Translations under genes and position numbers: made by a program
Notes under the pieces: model-generated
What the model was told of the DNA's origin: nothing
What the model saw: only the letters and a program-made list of their open reading frames with translations
Databases searched by the model: none
From: Promethearchaeota archaeon
Lineage (GTDB): Archaea; Asgardarchaeota; Lokiarchaeia; Sigyniarchaeales; SOKP01
Reading direction: 5' to 3'
NCBI GenBank assembly: GCA_048938005.1
Contig: JBHLMQ010000052.1
Coordinates: 1 to 15,240 of the forward strand
Length of the DNA stretch: 15,240 nt
Part shown: one piece after another, positions 7,415 through 15,240 of the stretch
Layout of the letters: each line of letters opens with the position of its first letter
Position numbering within the stretch: the first letter of the stretch is position 1

Positions 7415-9088
7415 ATGAAAGCTTTTGTAACAGCAAATTTAACTCCAGAAGTGCTAAATAAATTAAAAAGTTTAATGGAAGTTGTCTATGAACCATGGGT
7501 TAAGACTGGAGAGATTTATTTTGATGCAAAAGAATTAGCAAAAAAACTAGAAGGAGTGGATATTTTTATAACTGAAACTGATGATGTTAAAAAAAAGGAA
7601 TTTTTTGAACTCACTAATATAAAATTACTCATTTCATGCAGGGGAGATCCATTTAACGTTAATCTTAAAGCTGCGACAGAAAAAGGAATAGTTGTCCTCA
7701 ATACTCCATTAAGAAATGTTGATGCAGTTGCTGATTTAACAGTTTGTTATATTTTAATGCTTGCTCGTAGAATACAAGAAATAGATAGAATCCTCCATTC
7801 TGAGGATTTTGAAGTGTCAGATTTTGAAGATTGGGTTGGATATTTCGAAAAATTCAGAGGCATCGAACTGGGAGGAAAAACAGTTGGGATTATAGGTTTA
7901 GGTCAAATAGGAAGAAGAGTAGTAGATCGTTTAAGACCCTTTGGGGTTAATTGTCTTATTTATGATCCATTTGTCCCTAATGAAATAGCAAAAGATTATG
8001 GTGATATTGTTGATATTGATTTTCTCGTGAGGAATTCTGATTTTATAACTGTCCATGCAGCTGCAACGGATGATAATGATAATCTTATTAATGAAGACCG
8101 TATTATTTCAATGAAAAAAACTGCTTACTTAATAAATACTGCCAAAGGGAGTTTGATTGATTATGAGGCCTTAGAAGAAGCCTTAGAACAAAAAAAAATC
8201 GCTGGAGCAGCTCTAGATGTTTTTCCTTTAGAACCTATTGATGAAGATAATGAATTTTTAAAATTCAACACTGCAATCGTGTCTCCTCATATAGGGGGGG
8301 ATACTTATGAAATAATTAAGCGTCAATCAGAGATGCTTCTAAATGATATTAAATTATGGTTAGATAATAAAAATCCAAATCACTTAATGAATCCAGAGGT
8401 ACTTTCAGGAAAAAAAGTAATTACAAATGTTAGAATAAATAAGTTAAAAAAAGAGATTGTCGATCTTTGCAAGATCTTATTAAAAGAGAAACATGTAATT
8501 GGTTCTGCTGGAAATGTTAGTACAAGAGTAAAAGATGATGAGAATGAATTAATCCTTATAACACCTAGTAATGTTAATTACGCTGAAATGAAACCAGAAG
8601 ATATCCTTATCATCGACATGGATGGTAAAGTTATCGAGGGTGATAGAAATCCTTCTGTTGAAAAATATATGCATCTTAATGTATATAGAGAAAGAGATGA
8701 TGTTAATGCAATTATTCATGCTCATAGTATTTATAGTACCGTATTGAGTGCATTAAATCTCTCTTTACCACCAGTTATGGAAGAATTAGTACCATATATA
8801 GGTGGAGAAGTGCAATGTGCGGAGTACGGAGAAGCTGGCTCGGATGAGTTGGCTGAAACAGTTATTAATGCTTTGGAAGAAAAAAATGCTGTTCTTCTCG
8901 CAAACCATGGAAATTTATGTTGTGGGAGTCATCTAGAAGGGGCAAAAACTGTTTTAGATTATCTTGAAAGAGGAGCAAAAATTTATTACTTGGCCAAACT
9001 TGTTAAAGATCCTAATTTATTACCTGAAGATACAGTAGATTATGAAATGGAAATATTTGAAATCTTTAAAGAATCCAAAAAAATTTAA
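7415..9088 (+). CDS. Fusion of a D-isomer-specific 2-hydroxyacid dehydrogenase-family domain (YoaD-like) and a class II aldolase (FucA-like)
   Basis: N-domain (to about 8400): CRGDPFNVN, NTPLRN..AVA, GKTVGIIGLGQIG, YDP, ITVH, INTAKG, ALDVFPLEP and SPHIGG. C-domain (about 8440-9088): GNVSTR, ITPS, PSVE, HAHS and LLANHG. ATG 7415 follows GAGGT at 7408-7412; the ORF track uses GTG 7406. Confidence 0.92.
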   Translation: MKAFVTANLTPEVLNKLKSLMEVVYEPWVKTGEIYFDAKELAKKLEGVDIFITETDDVKKKEFFELTNIKLLISCRGDPFNVNLKAATEKGIVVLNTPLRNVDAVADLTVCYILMLARRIQEIDRILHSEDFEVSDFEDWVGYFEKFRGIELGGKTVGIIGLGQIGRRVVDRLRPFGVNCLIYDPFVPNEIAKDYGDIVDIDFLVRNSDFITVHAAATDDNDNLINEDRIISMKKTAYLINTAKGSLIDYEALEEALEQKKIAGAALDVFPLEPIDEDNEFLKFNTAIVSPHIGGDTYEIIKRQSEMLLNDIKLWLDNKNPNHLMNPEVLSGKKVITNVRINKLKKEIVDLCKILLKEKHVIGSAGNVSTRVKDDENELILITPSNVNYAEMKPEDILIIDMDGKVIEGDRNPSVEKYMHLNVYRERDDVNAIIHAHSIYSTVLSALNLSLPPVMEELVPYIGGEVQCAEYGEAGSDELAETVINALEEKNAVLLANHGNLCCGSHLEGAKTVLDYLERGAKIYYLAKLVKDPNLLPEDTVDYEMEIFEIFKESKKI

Positions 9089-9099
9089 AATTTTTTTTT
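9077..9099. terminator. Candidate bidirectional oligo-T terminator at convergent overlapping stops
   Basis: A7-TTT-AAAA-T9. The two stops share TTAA at 9085-9088. T9 (9091-9099) follows the + stop, and T7 on the - strand (A run 9077-9083) follows the - stop. Confidence 0.5.
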
Positions 9100-9927
9100 A
9101 AAATTGTTTCCGTTTTTTTTCCTATTTAATGATTTTAAGGCAATTTTGGTTGATTCCTCTGCTTGTTGCTTGGTAACCATTCCAATCGTTACAGCACATA
9201 TCTTATGATTAGCAATATATTCAAATGCAAAACTAGGTTTAATTTCTCCTGCTGCAAGAGTTTTCATACCTATAAAATAAAAATTTTTAGTACTATCTAC
9301 AATTTCTTCTAAATATTTTGCATTTCCCATTAAAAATCCATTTGCATTAAAAGGTATCAAAAATACTCTTACATTTAGATTATTTTCTATACTATATTTA
9401 ATTGTTGGAATTGGATCATGAGTTGCAATACCTGGAATAATTCCATAGCCAGAGATTTCATCTAAAAGTCTAACTAATTCTTTTCCTTTATTATCAGAAA
9501 TCACACCATGCACAAATATTAATTTTGCTCCAATTTCGATTAACGCTTTAATACCAGGATCCTTTTCCGGATTTGTAGATCCTGTTATAACATAATCACC
9601 ATACATTTCACTCATCATCTTAGCAGCTTCCATAATTTTACCATTGGGGATTACTTCAATACCACATGCTCCATTTAGATAACTAACCTTTAAAATCTCC
9701 AGCATAGCTTCTGGATTATATAAAAATCTTCTACGCCATTCAAATGCTTTAAATCCAAATTGTCCGGCACCTATAAATGGAGAAGTTCCTGTAGAAACTA
9801 GCGGTATATTTACACCATCAATATTACAAAAAATATTAATCCCCTCTTTGAGTGTAATATAAATTTTATTTAAATTTGATATGAGATTATTATTAACCGA
9901 ATTATAAATTTTTAAGTTTATTTCCAT
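9085..9927 (-). CDS. Uncharacterised aldo/keto-reductase-like TIM-barrel protein; start uncertain
   Basis: IPLVSTGTSPF (AKR beta-1-like), LIFVHG, PGIATHDP, LIPFNANG, IGMKTLAAG and AVTIGM..QQAEE follow the order of AKR-like barrel motifs. The AKR catalytic tetrad is not clearly identifiable. Confidence 0.6.
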   Translation of the reverse strand: MEINLKIYNSVNNNLISNLNKIYITLKEGINIFCNIDGVNIPLVSTGTSPFIGAGQFGFKAFEWRRRFLYNPEAMLEILKVSYLNGACGIEVIPNGKIMEAAKMMSEMYGDYVITGSTNPEKDPGIKALIEIGAKLIFVHGVISDNKGKELVRLLDEISGYGIIPGIATHDPIPTIKYSIENNLNVRVFLIPFNANGFLMGNAKYLEEIVDSTKNFYFIGMKTLAAGEIKPSFAFEYIANHKICAVTIGMVTKQQAEESTKIALKSLNRKKNGNNFKKKF

Positions 9928-10018
9928 TGAAATTTAATTTCAGAAACCATTTAAATATAAAAAGAATATTATTCATACAGTATAATAGAAATTCAACTTT
10001 ACTTCATATTTACTAAAT

Positions 10019-10023
10019 AGGAG
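10019..10023 (+). promoter_or_regulatory. Shine-Dalgarno-like site
   Basis: AGGAG 6 nt upstream of ATG 10030. Confidence 0.55.
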
Positions 10024-10029
10024 ATTAGA

Positions 10030-12108
10030 ATGCCACAAATTACTGGTGTTATTTGCGATGCTATCACTTTTTATAATCTAAATTTTGAAATCATCCATAA
10101 CTTAAATTCCCTTCTCATCCGTCATATTCTTACTAATGATGCGAGTTCTCTCCTTCTTTTTGGAAATATTGGTGAAGGAAATTTAATATCAATAACTGAA
10201 AAGATTAAACTTATTGAATTAGTATTAGAAATTACACAAAAAAAAATTCCTCTTCTTATAGGAATCTATGATGATCATATTGATGAAATAATAAATCAAA
10301 TTGAAAATTTGGGAAAAAAATTTGAAAATCTAAACTTTATGATTTCTCCACCACTTTTAGAAAAAAAATCAAAAGAAATGATAAAGTCTTATTTTGAAAA
10401 TATTTTAGGTTCGATTAATCCTAAGAATCAGATTTATTTGATAAATAATCCTCCTCAATTTGCTGGAAATGAGATCGAGCCAAATTTACTAAAAAATTTA
10501 ATGGAATATCCTAATTTGAAAGGATTAAATGATTCTTATTATAACATTAAAATCTGTAAATCCTATATTGAAAATTTAAATAATGATTTTTCCGTTTTTT
10601 GCGGGATGGAAGAAAATTTTCAGACATTTTTCCAACTTATCCCATTAAACCAGAGAAAATATAGCGGGATTGTCTCAGGTATCAGTAATTTAATCAATTT
10701 GTGCTCAAAACTATATAATTATGCTTTAGAAGACAATATCTTAGAACTTTTACAATTACAGGAACAAATAAATGATATCAGAATTAAAATCTATGATTTC
10801 AAAACCGATGGAGTTAAAAAATTAATTGGTTTAAAATATGCTTTTCTGCATTTATACAAGGATTTAATTTTAAGAACTAATAAAGATATAAATCTAATTA
10901 CTGAACAATTACAAACTCAAATTGATCCCATAACTAAAGAAAGAATTGAGGCAACTGTGAATTACTTACTAAACCGTAAGCAAATATATAAAATATATTT
11001 CATCGGTAAAAAAGACCTTTACCAATTTGAGGATATTATCGATAGATTTTCACAAATTGATGTTTTAGTCAAACAAGGTAAAGTAAAAAAAATCAAAGGG
11101 CCGTTTATTGTTGATGCCAATACACTCTACAGAGTAAAATTTGAAAATAGCCAATTGGTATTCAGATTTCGTACAAGCCAATTTTTCAAGTTTGAAAATT
11201 TAGTTAAGGAGAAGCTTTTATATCCATTTTTAGATACAAGCTTAAATCCTAATGACATTGACTTAATAGAGAAAGTAAAAGAGATCATTAATACAAAAAC
11301 AGGTATGTATATCTTCAGTAAAGAAAGACCTCCAATAATTCCGGTATGTGATTTAATTTATTATGATGAAACTAAGGAAACTGTTCCTTATATTTTTTCT
11401 GTGCAAGAATATATTAGGGGAAAACCTTTATTTCAACTCATAAACCAGTATATCAATGAAGGGAAAAACTTATATGCTAGAAAATTTCTGGATCTATTTA
11501 ATAATTTAGGTGAACATTTAGGAAATTTACACAAGATAAAATTTGATTCTTATTACAATAATATTAAGGATATAGGTAAAAAGAAAAAAAAAACTTATCC
11601 AGAATATTTTGAAAGTAAATTGGAGGAAAAAATACAAGAGGCATGGAAAAACAAAATAGATTTTTGCGATGAAATTAGGGATTTCTATCAAGATAATAAG
11701 GTATTAATCGATGATGAAACTGAATATGTTCTTTTACACAATGATTTTAAAAGCCAAAATATTATAGTTAAAGAAGAATTAGGTGCTATAAAAATTAATG
11801 GTATTGTAGGTTTTGATAATTGGAGTATTGGTAGCAGAGCTCAAGATTTTATTAAAATTGATTATTCGATACTGAAGCCTTTGAATAACCCCTCATTTTA
11901 TAGCTCTTTTTATAATGCATATTCAAAATTTTACACCGTGGATGAAGAATTTAAGAAAAAAATCGAATTATATAAACTATTATGGCTTTTAGATGAATAT
12001 AATTTTGAATCAGAGTTAATAAAAAAGGCAGATCACATGGATATTGTAGTTAAACCTACACCCACATTAGAGAATTATCTTTTTGAAATGAAAGCAATAA
12101 TTCGGTAG
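10030..12108 (+). CDS. Fusion of a DapA/NanA-like (class I aldolase) TIM barrel and an aminoglycoside-phosphotransferase/choline-kinase-like domain, with catalytic residues substituted
   Basis: N-domain: FGNIGEG, EK..LIE, KIPLLIG, ISPP, YLINNP, PNLKGLNDS, VFCG and GIVSGISN. C-domain: LVFRF, KEKLLY, IIPV, QEYIRGKPL, LGEHLGNLHKI, LLHNDFKSQNIIV, GIVGFD and QDF. Confidence 0.85.
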   Translation: MPQITGVICDAITFYNLNFEIIHNLNSLLIRHILTNDASSLLLFGNIGEGNLISITEKIKLIELVLEITQKKIPLLIGIYDDHIDEIINQIENLGKKFENLNFMISPPLLEKKSKEMIKSYFENILGSINPKNQIYLINNPPQFAGNEIEPNLLKNLMEYPNLKGLNDSYYNIKICKSYIENLNNDFSVFCGMEENFQTFFQLIPLNQRKYSGIVSGISNLINLCSKLYNYALEDNILELLQLQEQINDIRIKIYDFKTDGVKKLIGLKYAFLHLYKDLILRTNKDINLITEQLQTQIDPITKERIEATVNYLLNRKQIYKIYFIGKKDLYQFEDIIDRFSQIDVLVKQGKVKKIKGPFIVDANTLYRVKFENSQLVFRFRTSQFFKFENLVKEKLLYPFLDTSLNPNDIDLIEKVKEIINTKTGMYIFSKERPPIIPVCDLIYYDETKETVPYIFSVQEYIRGKPLFQLINQYINEGKNLYARKFLDLFNNLGEHLGNLHKIKFDSYYNNIKDIGKKKKKTYPEYFESKLEEKIQEAWKNKIDFCDEIRDFYQDNKVLIDDETEYVLLHNDFKSQNIIVKEELGAIKINGIVGFDNWSIGSRAQDFIKIDYSILKPLNNPSFYSSFYNAYSKFYTVDEEFKKKIELYKLLWLLDEYNFESELIKKADHMDIVVKPTPTLENYLFEMKAIIR

Positions 12109-12235
12109 CTTTTTTCTTTGTAAATCAAAAGCCTCTTTAGAAATTTTGGAAATTTCCAATTGTAATTAATAATTATAGAAAAATAAATTATATTTAATAT
12201 CATAATTTTATTTTTTTTAAAAAAGAATAGAGAAT

Positions 12236-13162
12236 TTGATGTTGAGATTTAAAAAGGAATTAAAAATAGCTATTGAACTAGTTCGGAAGGCAACAGAAAT
12301 TACAGAGTGGTTTAGAGTAAAAGCATTGGAATCCTTTTTAAAACCGGATCAATCACCTGTTACAATAGCCGATTTTGCATCTCAAATATATATAGTATCA
12401 AAGTTAAAAGCCCATTTCCCGGAGGATGAAATAATAGCAGAAGAAGAAAATATTGATTATATAGATCTCAAGTCAGAACATCTGATAAAACAATGTTTTG
12501 ATGAATTAGAAGTAGAAGAATTAAAGATAATTAAAGAAAACATTGGGTATCAAGGTAAATCTTCTGAGCGTCAATGGACAGTAGACCCTATTGATGGTAC
12601 GGCAGGATACCAAGAGGGATTGTCCTATTCAGTAGGGATTGGACTTATGATAAATTCCCATCCAAAGATATGTGCTATTGGTGTCCCAAATTATAATAGA
12701 AAATCCTTAGCAATATTTTCAGCAGAAGAAGGTCAAAAAGCTCATGTTTCATACGATAATAAGGATCTTAGACCGATTCGAGTTAGTCAAAAAGAAGATA
12801 TAAAGAATATCCGGTTATGTCATTCATTACATTATGATAAACCATGGGTTTTGAATTTTGCACAAAATATTGGTATAAATAACTTCATCCAAATTGATAG
12901 CATGGCAAAATTTTGTATGGTCGCTGATGGAAGTGCTGATCTTTATATAAAACCGTTGGATGCGGCACATTCTTTTACATGGGATTTTCTGCCAGGAGAC
13001 TTAATTGTAAGAGAAGCAGGAGGAGATATAACGGACTTAAATGGTAAACGTTTAAAATTTAAAAAAGAAAAATGTCTATGGACCGCACCTGGAATAGTTG
13101 CTTCAAATGGTTTAATACAAATAGAAATTATAGACTTAATTAAAAGAAACCGTCTAAATTGA
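12236..13162 (+). CDS. Inositol monophosphatase superfamily phosphatase, HAL2/SAL1-type 3'(2'),5'-bisphosphate nucleotidase-like
   Basis: KPDQSPVTIADFASQ, IIAEE, WTVDPIDGT, IDSMAKF, ADLY and WD..G.LIVREAGG.ITDLNG. Start is TTG 12236 or ATG 12239. Confidence 0.9.
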   Translation: MMLRFKKELKIAIELVRKATEITEWFRVKALESFLKPDQSPVTIADFASQIYIVSKLKAHFPEDEIIAEEENIDYIDLKSEHLIKQCFDELEVEELKIIKENIGYQGKSSERQWTVDPIDGTAGYQEGLSYSVGIGLMINSHPKICAIGVPNYNRKSLAIFSAEEGQKAHVSYDNKDLRPIRVSQKEDIKNIRLCHSLHYDKPWVLNFAQNIGINNFIQIDSMAKFCMVADGSADLYIKPLDAAHSFTWDFLPGDLIVREAGGDITDLNGKRLKFKKEKCLWTAPGIVASNGLIQIEIIDLIKRNRLN

Positions 13163-13176
13163 AAGAATTAATTAAA

Positions 13177-14265
13177 TTAAATATGCGTGTAGTTTAAAAG
13201 ATTTGTTTGTTTAGCTTTTTGATCTCTTAGAAAGTTTGATAATTTAATCCCGACAAGTCTAACTCTCTTATTATTATTTGAAAATTCTTTAAATAATTCT
13301 AAAATAATATTTATTACACAGTTTTCATCTTGAATATGAAAAGGAAGTGTTTTCGAACGAGTATACGTGTAAAAACCTTCAAATCTTATTTTTAAAGTAA
13401 TAGTCTTATAAGCTATCTGGTGTTTTTTTACTGATTTATGTATTCTTTTATTAATTTCTTCAAATCTAGATAATATTTCATTGAAATTATCGGTGTCCTT
13501 AAAAAATGTTCTTTCTGCACTAATCGATTTTCTCTCTTCATTGAATTCTTTCACCCTACGTTTATCTAAACCATTAACAACATTCCAGATCCACTTCCCT
13601 TGTTTTCCAAATAACTCAATCATTTTAGTTAAAGGTGTATTAATTATATCTCCAATTTTTTTCATTCCCTTTTTATAGAAAAATACTTTGGTTTTCTTAC
13701 CAATACCCGGAATGCGAGTAATATCCATATCTTTTAAAAAATTAGTAATATTACTAGGTTTTATAATTGTGATACCATTAGGCTTATTTTCATCAGAAGC
13801 AATTTTTGCTAAAGATTTGGTAGGAGCAATACCTACTGAGATTGTAATACCTACCTTTTTAAAGACTTCCTTTTGAATCTCTTTTGAAATTCTTTCGGCT
13901 TCCTCATAATCTTTAGTAATTTCTGTTAATTCTAGATATGCCTCATCTGCACCTATTCTCTGAAATTCATTACTATAAGTCTCAAGGATATTCATTACTT
14001 CTTTCGATACTCTTAGATATTTTTCTACATTAGGTCTTAGATATATTCCATGAGGACATCTTCTAAAAGCTTGAGATATAGGCATTGCAGAGTGTAAACC
14101 ATATTTTCTAGCTTCATAATTACAAGTAGATATTACTCCTCTTCCTTTCCCTTCTTTTGGATCTGCCCCTATTATAACAGGTTTGTCTTTATAATGTGGG
14201 TTATCTCTTATTTCAACCGCAGCAAAAAAACAATCAAGATCACAGTGTAAAATAAGACGAATCAT
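13177..14265 (-). CDS. dinB: Y-family DNA polymerase IV
   Basis: LHCDLDCFFAAVE, STCNYEARKYGLHSAMP, DEAYLE, SVGIAPTKSLAKIASD.NKPNG, IPGIGKKT, RKSISAERTF, TLKIRF and VRLVGI, with a C-terminal PIP-box-like QTNLLNY. Confidence 0.96.
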   Translation of the reverse strand: MIRLILHCDLDCFFAAVEIRDNPHYKDKPVIIGADPKEGKGRGVISTCNYEARKYGLHSAMPISQAFRRCPHGIYLRPNVEKYLRVSKEVMNILETYSNEFQRIGADEAYLELTEITKDYEEAERISKEIQKEVFKKVGITISVGIAPTKSLAKIASDENKPNGITIIKPSNITNFLKDMDITRIPGIGKKTKVFFYKKGMKKIGDIINTPLTKMIELFGKQGKWIWNVVNGLDKRRVKEFNEERKSISAERTFFKDTDNFNEILSRFEEINKRIHKSVKKHQIAYKTITLKIRFEGFYTYTRSKTLPFHIQDENCVINIILELFKEFSNNNKRVRLVGIKLSNFLRDQKAKQTNLLNYTHI

Positions 14266-14452
14266 TATTTACTGAGAATAGTTAATAGAATTCATTTATA
14301 AATAATATTTTTCAAATTTGATATTTTTCTATAATATTTAAAAAAAAAGACTTTCATGAATTAATGTAAATAGAAATTATATGATTTTTTATAGAAAATT
14401 AGGACCATCATTTTCAAAATATATTTTTAATGGACTTTTAATTATTTAATTT

Positions 14453-15133
14453 ATGGTTTTAAACAAAGAAGATCAGCTTAGGATCGAAGTTGTTAAAGGA
14501 GCAAAAGCAATATTCATGAAAGGATTAGTAGAATCTGGTGAAGGGAATGTTAGTGTGAGAAATGGCAAGAAAGAGGAGATTTTTATCACTCCTTCATTTA
14601 ACCAATATGATACTTTAAAAAAAGACGAAATAGTCAATCTAAATTTTGATGGGGAGCCTTTAAGTGCTGGAAAATTACCATCAACTGAAGCAAAAATGCA
14701 TATTGCTATCTATAAATCCAGACCAAAAGTTCAAGCGGTAATTCACACTCACTCGCCTTTTGCAACTATGCTCTCAATAGTAAGAAAAGGAATTCCAATA
14801 ATAATGGAAGAAATGTTCATATTTTTAGGCGGACCTATCAATGTTTCTGAATTTGGAGAAGCCCACACAGGAGAAATTGGTGAAGTTGCTCTTAAAGCTT
14901 TGGGTAAAAAAAATGCTGCTTTATTAGCTAATCATGGTGTTATTGTTTGTGGAAAATCATTAGACCATGCTGTAAAATTTGCTGAATTGGTAGAAAAACT
15001 TGCTAAAATGTATTGGGGGGCTTTACAAATAGGAGAACCCAAAATTATTTCAAAAGAACATCTTGATCGATTTCAAAAACTTTACGAGAGTTTGTTTGCT
15101 AACTATCCTCGACGTAAACATAAAACGACATGA
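14453..15133 (+). CDS. Class II aldolase/adducin family protein (L-fuculose-1-phosphate aldolase-like)
   Basis: GNVSVR, FITPS, PSTE..MH..IY, AVIHTHS and ALLANHG; the catalytic Glu and three Zn-binding His equivalents are present. Confidence 0.93.
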   Translation: MVLNKEDQLRIEVVKGAKAIFMKGLVESGEGNVSVRNGKKEEIFITPSFNQYDTLKKDEIVNLNFDGEPLSAGKLPSTEAKMHIAIYKSRPKVQAVIHTHSPFATMLSIVRKGIPIIMEEMFIFLGGPINVSEFGEAHTGEIGEVALKALGKKNAALLANHGVIVCGKSLDHAVKFAELVEKLAKMYWGALQIGEPKIISKEHLDRFQKLYESLFANYPRRKHKTT

Positions 15134-15240
15134 AAAGCAGTAAATATTGAATTTATTACGAAGATTCAATAAAAATTAAATTATTTCCTACGATATTATT
15201 AAATCGGAGTATAAATTTTATAATTAACTTTTATAATTAA

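Noticed and set aside
6625-7701. ORFs 6625-6813 (+) and 7516-7701 (-)
   Set aside because: They are antisense to the regulator and the dehydrogenase and show no independent coding evidence.
7415-8400. Calling the dehydrogenase serA
   Set aside because: There are no ACT/ASB domains, it has CRGDP instead of RAGVG, the Arg is replaced by Lys, and it is fused to an aldolase.
10030-12108. Annotation as a functional dapA or as an aminoglycoside-resistance gene
   Set aside because: The Schiff-base Lys is absent, the APH fold is shared by many small-molecule kinases, and the Mg-binding Asp is substituted.
13481-13876. ORFs 13481-13678 and 13688-13876 (+)
   Set aside because: Antisense shadows of dinB.
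7415-15133. DHAP-shunt / 5-deoxyribose salvage (MtnK-MtnA-Ald2) or a fucose operon as the explanation of the cluster
   Set aside because: No MtnA-like isomerase, nucleosidase/phosphorylase or fucose isomerase is in the window, and the APH domain lacks the MtnK-type HGDLH and DPEF motifs.

Overview
AT-rich, gene-dense archaeal chromosomal DNA, most consistent with an Asgard archaeon (Lokiarchaeia-like). This is inferred from aIF5A, archaeal SRP54, TrmY-like and AMMECR1 genes and the low GC. Family assignments come from motif recognition and recalled reference sequences; no searches were run. The left part (1-4425) is housekeeping: the 5' end of aIF5A (missed by the ORF track, with a eukaryote-type GKHGHA motif), srp54, a TrmY-like gene with a degenerate SAM-binding region, dihydroorotase and AMMECR1. 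The rest is a candidate uncharacterised polyol/sugar-phosphate locus: a YoaC/LsrK-like FGGY kinase, a wHTH regulator, an SCP2 lipid-binding protein, a YoaD-like dehydrogenase fused to a class II aldolase, an AKR-like TIM barrel, a DapA-like/APH-kinase-like fusion, a HAL2-type phosphatase and a second class II aldolase, with dinB inserted among them. In the DapA/APH fusion both domains lack key catalytic residues. No rRNA, tRNA, CRISPR array or mobile element was recognised.
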